A stretch of DNA of 52,061 bases from Candidatus Uhrbacteria bacterium. GTDB taxonomy: Bacteria > Patescibacteriota > Patescibacteriia > SG8-24. This document shows, in pieces, positions 37,326 through 46,846 of this stretch (positions within the stretch are counted from its first letter, which is position 1; the number at the start of each line of letters is the position of its first letter). The position numbers and the translations under genes were made by a program. The notes under the pieces were generated by a model. It was not told where the DNA came from and did no database searches. It was given only the letters and a program-made list of their open reading frames with translations. Location: contig JAFGIV010000007.1 in the NCBI GenBank assembly GCA_016929435.1, forward strand, positions 1 to 52,061, given 5' to 3'.

Positions 37326-37724
37326 CTATTTCTTCATCCCCAAGACCTCCTTGATCTTAGCCACGGCCTCGGCCGGCACGAAATGGGCCTTGATGAGGTA
37401 ATCGGCGGCCCCCTCACCCATCCCCTTTTCTATATCCTCCTTCTGGCCCAGGTTCGTCAGCATGATAACCGGGATATCCTTGGTTGCCGGATCCCCCTTC
37501 AGCCGCTTAAGGACCTCAAAACCGTCCAGTTTCGGCATCAGCACGTCCAGAAGGATCAGGTCCGGCAGCTCCTTGGCGGCTGCCTTCAGCCCCTCATCCC
37601 CGTCACGGGCGGACAGGACGGAAAAACCGTCCATCTCCAGCTTGGTGGCATAGATGCCGGAAAGGAAGGAGTCGTCGTCCACGATCAGGATTCTGGTCCG
37701 GCCGTTCTTGTTGTCTTCGGTCAT
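37326..37724 (-). CDS. Single-domain response regulator (receiver only)
   Basis: ILIVDDD, PDLILLDVLMPKLDG, IPVIMLT, ADYLIKA. Confidence 0.92.
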   Translation of the reverse strand: MTEDNKNGRTRILIVDDDSFLSGIYATKLEMDGFSVLSARDGDEGLKAAAKELPDLILLDVLMPKLDGFEVLKRLKGDPATKDIPVIMLTNLGQKEDIEKGMGEGAADYLIKAHFVPAEAVAKIKEVLGMKK

Positions 37725-37773
37725 ATCGTCTTGGTTATGGCATCGTTATGGCTAATTCGTTCTTCCCCATTCC

Positions 37774-39513
37774 CTATTCCTTGGTGATCCGCATGATCTC
37801 CTCCATGGTCGTCAGGCCCTCCAGCACCTTTATCAGCCCGTCCTCCTTCATGCTTATCATCCCGTTCTTCCTGTTGGCTTCCTGGACCTTCGGTATGGGG
37901 AATCCGCTGTTTATCAGTTCCCTCATTCCGGCGTCAAAGGGCATCAGTTCGGCCACGGCCACCCGGCCGCTGTATCCGGTATCGTTGCACCGCAGGCATC
38001 CCCTTCCCCGATAGACCTTCAGTTTCGGCCCGCTCATGTCTATGTGGGAAAGGTAGCTTTTCGGAACCGCCTCCAGGCCCTTCCTGATCTGGGCCTCCAC
38101 TTCGGGCGGCAGCTCCTGCTCGGCCTTGCACCGTTCGCATATCTTCCGGGCCAGCCGCTGGGCAATGGCCAGGTTCATGGTGGCGGAAAGCAGGAACGGC
38201 TCGACATGCATGTCGATGAGGCGCGGCACCACGCCCAAGGCATCGTTGGTATGCAGGGTGGAGAAGATCAGGTGACCGGTGAGCGCCGCATGGACTGCCA
38301 GCTCCCCGGTCTCGGTGTCGCGAATCTCCCCGACCATGATGATGTTTGGGTCCTGGCGAAGAAGGGACCGCAGGCCGGCGGCAAAGGTAAACCCGACTTC
38401 AGGCCGCACCTGGGACTGGTTAACCCCCCGGATCTGGTATTCCACGGGATCCTCCAGGGTTGAGATGTTGACCCTCTCCTCGTTCCTCATGTTCAGGATG
38501 GTGAACAGGGTGGTGGATTTTCCGGAACCGGTAGGGCCGGTAATGAGGAACATCCCGTGCGGCTTCTGGATCTCCTGCTGGATGATCTCCACGTACTGCC
38601 GCCGGAAACCGAGCTGCTCAAGCAGGGGAACGCCCTTGGTGGTGTCCAGGATACGCATCACGACCTTCTCCTCCTCGGTCATCGGCAGGGTGGAGACGCG
38701 AAAATCTATCTGCTTGTCCCCGAAGGTCTCCCGGATCCTTCCGTCCTGCGGCACCCGCGTCTCGTCCAGCTTCAGGTTGGCCAGGACCTTGATGCGGGCC
38801 ACTAGGGAATTGTGGACGTATTTCGGGACCTTCAGGGACGTCCGGAGCACGCCATCGACGCGGTAGCGGACCCGGGTCTCTTCCCCGAAAGGCTCGATGT
38901 GGATGTCCGAGGCCCCACCCTCCACGGCATGGCGCATGACAACGGAAACGATCCTGGAAACCGGCGCACCCTTTATGACATCGCTCAGGTCAATTTCGCC
39001 CTCCTTTTCCGCCTTGGGCTTTTCGACCAGCTTGTCCTTGGCCACCTCTAGGGCCTTGGCGACCTCCTTTCCGATTTCCTCGTACTTCTTCAGGGCATGA
39101 CGGAAGGAAGCCTGGGAGATTATGTGGTATTTCGGGCGGAAGCCGCTGGCTTGAGACAAAAAATCAATCGCCTGGACAGCGGTCATGTCCCGCGGGTCGA
39201 TCATGCCTACGCTGACGGAATCCCCTTCCCTGGCAAAGGCGATGGACCGGGTGTTCTCGGCCACAGGCTTGGATATCAGCTTGATGACCTCCGGATCAAT
39301 CTCGTGACCGACCAGATCGGTGTAGGGAACGTTAAGCAGGGTGGCCTGCCCCTTCACCAGCAGCTCGTCGTCAACGATCCGGCTCTTGCGGAGCGTCTCG
39401 TCCGCCGTTTCCCCGGCCTGAGCGGCCTTTTCCCCAATTTGTCTGAACTGCTCGTCGGTGACGTGCCCGGATTCGAGCATTATCTCCAGCAGTTCGTTTC
39501 CGGTTCTGTTCAT
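37774..39513 (-). CDS. pilB: Type IV pilus assembly ATPase PilB (GspE/PulE)
   Basis: ASDIHIEP, PQDGR, TGPTGSGKSTT, EDPVEY, LRQDPN, GHLIFSTLHTND, CERC/CLRC. Confidence 0.96.
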   Translation of the reverse strand: MNRTGNELLEIMLESGHVTDEQFRQIGEKAAQAGETADETLRKSRIVDDELLVKGQATLLNVPYTDLVGHEIDPEVIKLISKPVAENTRSIAFAREGDSVSVGMIDPRDMTAVQAIDFLSQASGFRPKYHIISQASFRHALKKYEEIGKEVAKALEVAKDKLVEKPKAEKEGEIDLSDVIKGAPVSRIVSVVMRHAVEGGASDIHIEPFGEETRVRYRVDGVLRTSLKVPKYVHNSLVARIKVLANLKLDETRVPQDGRIRETFGDKQIDFRVSTLPMTEEEKVVMRILDTTKGVPLLEQLGFRRQYVEIIQQEIQKPHGMFLITGPTGSGKSTTLFTILNMRNEERVNISTLEDPVEYQIRGVNQSQVRPEVGFTFAAGLRSLLRQDPNIIMVGEIRDTETGELAVHAALTGHLIFSTLHTNDALGVVPRLIDMHVEPFLLSATMNLAIAQRLARKICERCKAEQELPPEVEAQIRKGLEAVPKSYLSHIDMSGPKLKVYRGRGCLRCNDTGYSGRVAVAELMPFDAGMRELINSGFPIPKVQEANRKNGMISMKEDGLIKVLEGLTTMEEIMRITKE

Positions 39514-39526
39514 GTCTTTGTGTCCC

Positions 39527-39826
39527 TTATTCCTCCACTTCCATCTTCGGGGACGGACGTCGGTAGTCCTCCCCCGCCGTATCCGGTACGGTCACCCCGT
39601 AATCCGGTCCGTAATGCCGAAGCGACTTGAAATCCGTGCGCTGAAAGATCCGGCCGTCGATCGAAACAGGATCGCTGGGACGGGCACCGACAGCGGCACG
39701 GCCGACCGCCTGATCCGGTTTGGGCAACAGCCGATCCCGGTAACTGAAGGTCAAAACCGCCAGCAGGACGATGATGATCGCCCCGATGACCCCCAACTGT
39801 ATTCGATCCTTCCTTGACATGGCCAT
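39527..39826 (-). CDS. Small single-TM protein in the pilus operon (PilP position)
   Basis: One N-terminal TM helix; lies between pilO-like and pilB. Confidence 0.65.
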   Translation of the reverse strand: MAMSRKDRIQLGVIGAIIIVLLAVLTFSYRDRLLPKPDQAVGRAAVGARPSDPVSIDGRIFQRTDFKSLRHYGPDYGVTVPDTAGEDYRRPSPKMEVEE

Positions 39827-39848
39827 AGTCCGTGCTCGGTTCGTGGGG

Positions 39849-40460
39849 CTATTTGACGGTTCCCCCAACGGTCTTTCCGGAAACCATCCGGTATGCCTTC
39901 ATGGTGAACTGGTAGCGGCCGTTATCCGGCGAATGGCCGGTCTGGACGATATCCAACAGCCGCTCCAGGTTCTGAAGGTCACCCATCAGGTTCTTGAAAT
40001 CCAGGTAGTTGCCGCCGGAAAACGATACCGTAACCCGCAGGGCCTGAAGCCCGTCGGCGGCCGGTTCACCGACGGACATGTCCACGACCTCCATGGACAC
40101 GGCGTTCCTTTCGGCGATCTCCTCCAGCTGGACCACCAGTTCGGGAAAATCAAGGCCTTCAGGCACCATGTGCCTGACCCGGTCACGGTATTCCTCCGGC
40201 ACCGCCTGATAGGCCTTCAATCCGGCTTCAACCCGCTCGATATAGGCCTGGTCTTCGGCAATGCGGCCCTTCAGGGCAGTGAAGTCGTAGCTGCCTCCCG
40301 GCATCAGCGGGGCAATCTTCGGGGAAAAAACCAGGAACCAGGCTCCGGCCACATAGGCCACGACCAGGAATGCGGCAATCGCCGGAAGCCAGGCCGCCAA
40401 TACCCTCCTGATCCGTTCCCCTTTCGGCACCGCTATCTTTTTTCCTTTGTCTTCCGGCAT
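39849..40460 (-). CDS. pilO: PilO-like protein
   Basis: TM, coiled coil, PELVVQLE.IA, GGNYLDFK..LQNLERLLDI. Confidence 0.75.
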   Translation of the reverse strand: MPEDKGKKIAVPKGERIRRVLAAWLPAIAAFLVVAYVAGAWFLVFSPKIAPLMPGGSYDFTALKGRIAEDQAYIERVEAGLKAYQAVPEEYRDRVRHMVPEGLDFPELVVQLEEIAERNAVSMEVVDMSVGEPAADGLQALRVTVSFSGGNYLDFKNLMGDLQNLERLLDIVQTGHSPDNGRYQFTMKAYRMVSGKTVGGTVK

Positions 40461-40461
40461 A

Positions 40462-41145
40462 TCATTCCCCTTTCGTTTCCCGAACGGACGGGTGTCCTGT
40501 CCAGACCTTCGGATCCACGGTCAGTATGACGGTCGCATAAACTCCGGACATCAGGCCGTCCTTGTTCACGTCACCGGCCACTGAGGTGTTCCTCATCTGA
40601 AGGACCTCGTTCAGGCCGCTGAAATGGATCAGCTGCTGGGCCATGGCCCGATACTTCGGGGCCCTGACGTCCAGGGAAACCAACCCGCTGTCCGTGTCAA
40701 CCGTCATCCGGTCATACCTTATTCCGCCAAGGGTATTGGACTCCAGGAACTCGATCAGCTCGGTCGGGTAGCGGTGGCGGTCCAAGACCTTGGCGGCCAG
40801 TCCCAACTGACGGCTGAAGCGCATGGCCTCCCCCATCTCCAGCTCCTTGGCCTCGGCCTCTGATGCCACGGCTTCCTGCTGCCGCTCCAACTGGACCTTT
40901 TCCCCTGACTTGGCCTCCAGGCGGCGATTCAGCACGTAATATCCGACCAGGATGCCGACTGTCACGACGACTAGGGCCATGACCGTCCCCAACAGCCTGA
41001 GCCTGAAATCCGGCCCTTCCTGACCAAGAAGGTCCTTTGGAACCAGGGAAACCCGCAAGCCGGAAAAGGCCTCGGAAATCCCCGATTTCCTGACCGTCGA
41101 TTCCTGGCTTCCGCCCTTTATTTCGGTGGTTAAGTCTTCCGTCAT
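40462..41145 (-). CDS. pilN: PilN-like protein
   Basis: VSLVP, TM, coiled coil, LDRH.Y...EFLE..T; between pilM and pilO. Confidence 0.7.
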   Translation of the reverse strand: MTEDLTTEIKGGSQESTVRKSGISEAFSGLRVSLVPKDLLGQEGPDFRLRLLGTVMALVVVTVGILVGYYVLNRRLEAKSGEKVQLERQQEAVASEAEAKELEMGEAMRFSRQLGLAAKVLDRHRYPTELIEFLESNTLGGIRYDRMTVDTDSGLVSLDVRAPKYRAMAQQLIHFSGLNEVLQMRNTSVAGDVNKDGLMSGVYATVILTVDPKVWTGHPSVRETKGE

Positions 41146-41151
41146 AGGACG

Positions 41152-42255
41152 TCAGTCGATGTCACGCATCGCCAAGCCGACACTGACGGCATAGCGGTAT
41201 CCGATCTCGTCGAGTACGGGCCGAAGGCCCTCCGGATAGACTATCCTGGCCCACGGGTCGCCGACATAGACCTTGGTCGAAAGCTTCCCCTCCAGGTGGG
41301 AGATGAGCGACGGGAGGGCCGAGGCGCCGCCGGTGACGATTACCCGTTCCACCGTTTTCACGGACTGGCCCTCTCCCTGTTCGGCATACAGGCCCATGGA
41401 ATACTGGAGTTCCGTCAGCATCGGCATGACCGTATCGGCAAAAATCTTCGGCAGCTCTTCCCCGGGGTACAGGCTGGAAACGCCCTTGATGTCGCACTTC
41501 ATCCTTTCCGCCTCCTGCAGCTCGATGCTTAGGCTCTGGCTCATGGCCCGGGTAAAGGAGTTGCCGCCCATGTCCAGGCTCCGGGCCACGTACGGAATGC
41601 CGTTCTCGACAATGACTATGTTCGTCCGGACCGAACCGATGTCAACGATCATGGTAATGGAACGGTCCTTCCCGATCAGGGACCTTATCAGGGGGAAGGT
41701 TTCGGTCTCCAGACTGACCATCTCCAGGCCGGCCGCCCGAAAAATGCCGACATACCTCTGGACCAGGCTGCGGGAGGCGCCGGTAATAAGGACCTGGTTG
41801 GATATTTTCGGCTTCTGCCCCGTCTCCTCCTCTTTCTTGGCGGCCACCGGCCTAACGGCGGCAACCTGGGGGATTACCTTGAAGTCCAACACCATGTCCT
41901 CCAGCGGCAGGGGGATCAGTTTCCTGGCCTGGGCCGTAACGGTTTCCCGGAAATCCTTGTCCTCCGGCGACTTCTGAACCGTCACCACGGAACTGAATAC
42001 GGAAGATATGGGCAGGCTGGCCACGGCCTTGGTGGTGGTGGTCCGTGCCTGACGGCATATCTCCTTCAGCAGCTTGGCGGATTCCTTCTCATCGGTCATG
42101 GGCGGAAACGGGTCGTTTCCCGGGTGGTTTTCGCTGAAACCGTAGGTCACCAACCGGGCCCTTCCCTTCTCATTGCACAATTCGACGATCTTGGTGCCGC
42201 CCATCCCGATATCCACGCCAATGAAATTGTTCTTTCCCTTTCCGAACAGACCCAT
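41152..42255 (-). CDS. pilM: Type IV pilus assembly protein PilM
   Basis: IGVDIG..KIVEL, IPLPLE, IVDIGS..TN, VTGGAS, YAVSVGLAMR. Confidence 0.93.
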   Translation of the reverse strand: MGLFGKGKNNFIGVDIGMGGTKIVELCNEKGRARLVTYGFSENHPGNDPFPPMTDEKESAKLLKEICRQARTTTTKAVASLPISSVFSSVVTVQKSPEDKDFRETVTAQARKLIPLPLEDMVLDFKVIPQVAAVRPVAAKKEEETGQKPKISNQVLITGASRSLVQRYVGIFRAAGLEMVSLETETFPLIRSLIGKDRSITMIVDIGSVRTNIVIVENGIPYVARSLDMGGNSFTRAMSQSLSIELQEAERMKCDIKGVSSLYPGEELPKIFADTVMPMLTELQYSMGLYAEQGEGQSVKTVERVIVTGGASALPSLISHLEGKLSTKVYVGDPWARIVYPEGLRPVLDEIGYRYAVSVGLAMRDID

Positions 42256-42331
42256 AGTTTTTTCTGGTGCTCTAGTGACTTTTCTTTATTATACAGGCTA
42301 AACCGCCGGAGGCATAGGGACAGCCTGCGGA

Positions 42332-45300
42332 TTACGGTAACGGGGGGGCCGCCCCGTATACCGGCAGGGATTTCGAAAGGTCACCGAATCCCGGCGGCGG
42401 GTTAAGTATGGCCCGTCCGTCATATTCGAACCGCTCCGAACCCCGCTCCTCGCTCCGGTAGGACCGGCTCAAGTGGAACTGCCTGGCCAAAAGGAGGCCC
42501 TTGACCGTCAGCGGTTCGGGGCTGTCGGTAGCCGGCGGCGCCACGGTATAGAAACCGCCCTGACCGGCCGAAAAGAAGGCCCCGGCCAGATCGGTAACGT
42601 CCTCATCCACGTAGATGTTGCCGCCGGACCGGTCTTCCCGGTCAATCGCCATCCAGCCGACCGAAGCGACCTGCCGGACTGACTGCAAACCCACGAAATG
42701 GACGGGCTGGTATTCCACGTTCCCGCGGAAGGTGATCGATCCGCCCCTGACGACGACCGTACCGCTGGCGTCCACGGTGTCGGAAACCGAATCCGGAACC
42801 GTAACGTCGGAAAGGACCTCAAGATCCTCCCCCTCGATGAGATATACCTTCCCTCCCAGCGGCTGCCCGCTGAACGCCGGAAAAACGCCGCCGAAATCCG
42901 CGGCCCGAACCCGCACCACTTCCCCATACCTTCCGTCCAGCAGCCCCGCCATGTCTATCCGGCCCAAAGCCGTGCTGAAGTGGTTGATGCTACCGGGCCG
43001 TTCCAGGACCGTCAAGCGGTCCAGTTCGGTGTCAATATCCGTTTTCGGGCAGAGTTCGGTCCGGAAGGTCGGCTGGCCGTTGGTTGTCTCGATCAGCCCC
43101 TTGGCCGTGATGCAGAAGGTGGCGTTAAACCGGTTTTCCGGCGGAACCTCCCGGAAACGGATATGGCTGCCGGAACGGACATTCCCGCGGGGTGCCTCCA
43201 CCCAGGGGAATATGAGGCTGATGCACCTTTCGGCCCCCGCACAGATGTCCCCGAAACCCTCCACGCAATCCGCGTCAACATGGCAGGCATCGATCAGCAT
43301 GTCCCCGTCCCGGTCCTGCGGCTGGCCGGCGGAATCGAAACACTGACCCTCAATCGGGCAGTCCGGATCGCCGAAACAGACGAACCCGGTAACCTCACAC
43401 AGACCCCAATCCGTCCGACAGGACTGTTGGGACCAGGAATCGCCTGACTCGTCGGTTGCCCATGTCGGGGCCGGACAGCAGGTCGGGTCGTTCTCGTCCA
43501 GGCAACAGCCGCTTTCGGCGGAAAGGGCACAGCTGTCGGGCGTCACCGGATCGTCCGGGACATACCCGTAGGAGTACCAGCTGCAGGCATAGTCCCGGTC
43601 CTTATCGCAACGGCCCAACTGGGTGCAGCTGTCACCGATGCCGTCAAGGTTCCAGTCCTCCTGCCCGGGATTCTCCAGGCCGACACAGTTGTCGCACGGG
43701 CGGTAGGCGGGTCCGTATTCGGTCGAACCCGCGTAAAGGTCGGTGTAATACCCCTCCGTAGCCCTGTCGCCGTCAAAATCCGCCCAATGGCAGGGGTTAT
43801 ACCCCTCACCCTCGTCCGGTGTCGGCAGGGTCCGACAGATGTAGAACTCCCGCCGTTCTGACGCCACCGAATTCCCGTCCGCATCGCTGATGCCGACCTG
43901 CACGAAATAGTGGGTATCCGGGTTGTGGTTCTGGTCCGACAGGGACACTGACGAAAGGTCAATGCTGTCCTGGCATATCGCCAGGTTTCCGGCTCCGGTA
44001 TCCGGGAAAGAGGCGGATCCGATCAGGGATCCGGCGCTGTCGGTGATTTCCACCCGACAGGGATTGCCTATGAAACCGACGTTGTTTGCGGCCGTAAAGC
44101 TGACGCTTAGGCCCATCTCCCGGTAGGCGGAACGGCCGGGATCGAAAAACGGCGACTGGTCGGAACCCAAACTTTCCGGCCGGGAAACCTTTAGCGGACC
44201 GTTAGCGATCGGCGTTACCGTAACCGGCACGGACAGGGGGGACGAATCGGCCCCGATGTTGTCCGCACCGTCCTCGGCCCCGGCGGTCAGGACCATCGTT
44301 CCCCTATTCCGGAACCGCATGGTCACGCCGTCGACTATGGGATCGATCACGCATTTTCCGCTGTCGGAAACGAAATTCCTGGTTCCGCCGTAATCCATGC
44401 CAAGACGGCAGCGGCAGATGCCGGAAGAGTCCAGCGGGTCGGGCTGGAAGGGGTCGGACGGCACTATCCGAATCTGCCGCTGCGCACCGTAGGGGACGGT
44501 CAGGCTGACCCCGTCCCAACCCTCCACCTCAATCCCATTCACGACCGGCGGGTTTTCCTCATAAACCCGGTTCCGGAAAATCCTCTCCCCGTATTCCGGC
44601 AGGCCGCTTCCCTTCGTGGCCGACAGGGAAACCGTAAACTCACGGGACGAGGTCGGTGACGCGGGAAGGTCGCAGGTGATGTCCAGGGACGGGTCGGTAA
44701 CCGGGGCAACGGCGTAGACCATCAGGGCCTTGCCCGGAACAACGGTCATGTTGAAAACGGACGGATTGCTGACCGTACAGGAAACATCGGCATAGGGATA
44801 GGCAAACTCGGTTCCGGAAGCCGTGCCGACAAAAACCGCAAAATCCGGGTAAGATCCTGTCCCCCGAATGGCGATCGTATGTTTTTGTCCGACCCTGGAG
44901 GCAGTCATGACATTGGCGCTGACCGAGGGGTCGGTTTCCGCGATCCAGACCGGGCCGCTGTAGTCCGGCACGGATTGGCAGGCGGAAACCTGCCAATCCA
45001 TCGGAGCGCAGGAAGCCTGCCCCCAACACCCCTCATCCAGGCAGTCGATTCCTCCCGCCGGCAGAAGGTCATCGCCGTCGTTGTCTGCCTGGTCAAAACA
45101 GGCTCCGCCGGTCTCCCCTCCTGACTGGCAGACATACCCGCCAGCGGTCGTGACTCCCTCACAATCCGGATCGCGGCAGTCGATCAGTCCGTCAGCGTCG
45201 TTATCCAAACCGTCCGAACACTGGCGGGACGGATCCCCGGAAGATTCGGTTGCCCGGCAATAGGCAGCACCGGACAGCTGGCCGGGCCTGTTCAGGCAAT

Positions 45301-46846
45301 CCGGATCGCGACAGTCCGCCCCCTCCCCGGTATCGTTGTCCAAACCGTCCGCACAGGCGTCGAAGCGGTAATCCTCGTGGTCCGGGCACCATTGGCAATG
45401 CCCGAATTTCCGCCGACAGTCGCTGTCGTCGCAATCCATGGGACCGTCCGCGTCGTTATCCGTAACGTCAGCGCAGAGGTTGATGCCCTGACCGAGGTCA
45501 AACTCCCGATCCGAACAGAAAACGTTGGGGTTGGAGGGGTTCTCCACCCCAATGCAGTCCGGATCGGCACAGTCGATCAGGTGATCCAGGTCATTGTCAA
45601 TCCCGTCGAAACACTGCCCAGGGGCATCCGATCCGTCGGCGGCCCGGTGCTCTACCGATGGGCAGGCCGGATCCCCGGCGCAGTCGTAGTCAAGGCAGTC
45701 CCGCCCGGTCGAATCGATCGCGTCATACTCGTCGTCCCCGAAGCTGGTGTCAACATCGTTGTCCCGGTCATCGGCACAAAGCCCGACCTCGCCCACCGGA
45801 CAGCCGTATTCAGGGTGCCGCCAGCATATCCGGGAACCCGGACTGTCCTGGACATCGAGCAGGAAACGGAAAACCGTCTCCGTGCCGTCCAGGAACTCCC
45901 GGTTGTCCCGGCAATCGGTCCGACCGTCCCCGTCGTTGTCGAAACCGTCACCGCAGGGATCCTGGCCGTTGAGGATGCCGGGCGGACCGTACTCGTTTCC
46001 GTATTGGCAATAGCCGGTGCAGGCCGTGCCGGAAAGGTTCAGCCGTCCGCAGCGCAGGTTGCAGTCGGGATCAAGACAGTCGGCCAAACCGTCCCCGTCG
46101 TTGTCGAAACCGTCGTGGCAGGTGGTTTCCGGAATCTCGCAGAGCAGGCCGGCATCCAGCGGGTGCCCCTGTTTCCCCACGCAACGGATGTCGGCGCAGT
46201 TCGGGTAATAGTCAAGGTCATTGTCGACGGGGTTGCCGCCGGACAGGTCAGCGCAGGTCAGTCCGGTATCGCCGATCGGCAAAAGCGATTCCGTCTCATC
46301 CCCGTTTCCCGGCGCACTGCCGTCAACGTAAAAACGCAGCCCGCTCCTGCTCCCGCTCGCTCCCAACTGGAAAACGTAAAGGCTGAAATCGTATGCCCCT
46401 TCCGACAGGCCGGCATAGTCCACGGACATCGCGAAATCAACATCGCACCCCCCCGGACAACCGGCTGAGGAGCGGCGCTCGTAGCCGTTCCTTCCGGAGG
46501 TGATGTCCGACTCCGGGGGAAGGAAATGGGTGCCGTTGGGGTTGGCGTAGGCCGAGGCCGAAACGAACGGCGGGACATCGAAAAGTATGAAGGAGAGCAT
46601 TTCGGTCGTCGGGCCGTAACTGCCGCCGTCGAACCGAATCCGGAATTTCCCGTCCGGATTGACGTGTTGGGTGTATTCGTAACGTATCGGCTGGCCGCCA
46701 ACGGTCAGGGAACCGGAGCAGACGTTTCCGTCGCAGGTCAGGGGCGCGACTATTGCCCTGGAGGAAGGGACGGAAAACGTAACCGACGCCAACAGGAGCG
46801 TGGCGAACGAGGCGACGGCGACCGTAAAAAACCCGGGATTCCTCAT
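42332..46846 (-). CDS. Giant secreted Cys/Asp-repeat protein (1504 aa), probable adhesin
   Basis: Signal peptide; ~9 CxDGxDNDxDGxxDCxDxDC repeats; TSP3-like CDNC..NPGQEDWNLDGIGDSC; C-terminal beta-solenoid-like region ending YDGR..NPPPGF. Confidence 0.85.
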   Translation of the reverse strand: MRNPGFFTVAVASFATLLLASVTFSVPSSRAIVAPLTCDGNVCSGSLTVGGQPIRYEYTQHVNPDGKFRIRFDGGSYGPTTEMLSFILFDVPPFVSASAYANPNGTHFLPPESDITSGRNGYERRSSAGCPGGCDVDFAMSVDYAGLSEGAYDFSLYVFQLGASGSRSGLRFYVDGSAPGNGDETESLLPIGDTGLTCADLSGGNPVDNDLDYYPNCADIRCVGKQGHPLDAGLLCEIPETTCHDGFDNDGDGLADCLDPDCNLRCGRLNLSGTACTGYCQYGNEYGPPGILNGQDPCGDGFDNDGDGRTDCRDNREFLDGTETVFRFLLDVQDSPGSRICWRHPEYGCPVGEVGLCADDRDNDVDTSFGDDEYDAIDSTGRDCLDYDCAGDPACPSVEHRAADGSDAPGQCFDGIDNDLDHLIDCADPDCIGVENPSNPNVFCSDREFDLGQGINLCADVTDNDADGPMDCDDSDCRRKFGHCQWCPDHEDYRFDACADGLDNDTGEGADCRDPDCLNRPGQLSGAAYCRATESSGDPSRQCSDGLDNDADGLIDCRDPDCEGVTTAGGYVCQSGGETGGACFDQADNDGDDLLPAGGIDCLDEGCWGQASCAPMDWQVSACQSVPDYSGPVWIAETDPSVSANVMTASRVGQKHTIAIRGTGSYPDFAVFVGTASGTEFAYPYADVSCTVSNPSVFNMTVVPGKALMVYAVAPVTDPSLDITCDLPASPTSSREFTVSLSATKGSGLPEYGERIFRNRVYEENPPVVNGIEVEGWDGVSLTVPYGAQRQIRIVPSDPFQPDPLDSSGICRCRLGMDYGGTRNFVSDSGKCVIDPIVDGVTMRFRNRGTMVLTAGAEDGADNIGADSSPLSVPVTVTPIANGPLKVSRPESLGSDQSPFFDPGRSAYREMGLSVSFTAANNVGFIGNPCRVEITDSAGSLIGSASFPDTGAGNLAICQDSIDLSSVSLSDQNHNPDTHYFVQVGISDADGNSVASERREFYICRTLPTPDEGEGYNPCHWADFDGDRATEGYYTDLYAGSTEYGPAYRPCDNCVGLENPGQEDWNLDGIGDSCTQLGRCDKDRDYACSWYSYGYVPDDPVTPDSCALSAESGCCLDENDPTCCPAPTWATDESGDSWSQQSCRTDWGLCEVTGFVCFGDPDCPIEGQCFDSAGQPQDRDGDMLIDACHVDADCVEGFGDICAGAERCISLIFPWVEAPRGNVRSGSHIRFREVPPENRFNATFCITAKGLIETTNGQPTFRTELCPKTDIDTELDRLTVLERPGSINHFSTALGRIDMAGLLDGRYGEVVRVRAADFGGVFPAFSGQPLGGKVYLIEGEDLEVLSDVTVPDSVSDTVDASGTVVVRGGSITFRGNVEYQPVHFVGLQSVRQVASVGWMAIDREDRSGGNIYVDEDVTDLAGAFFSAGQGGFYTVAPPATDSPEPLTVKGLLLARQFHLSRSYRSEERGSERFEYDGRAILNPPPGFGDLSKSLPVYGAAPPLP

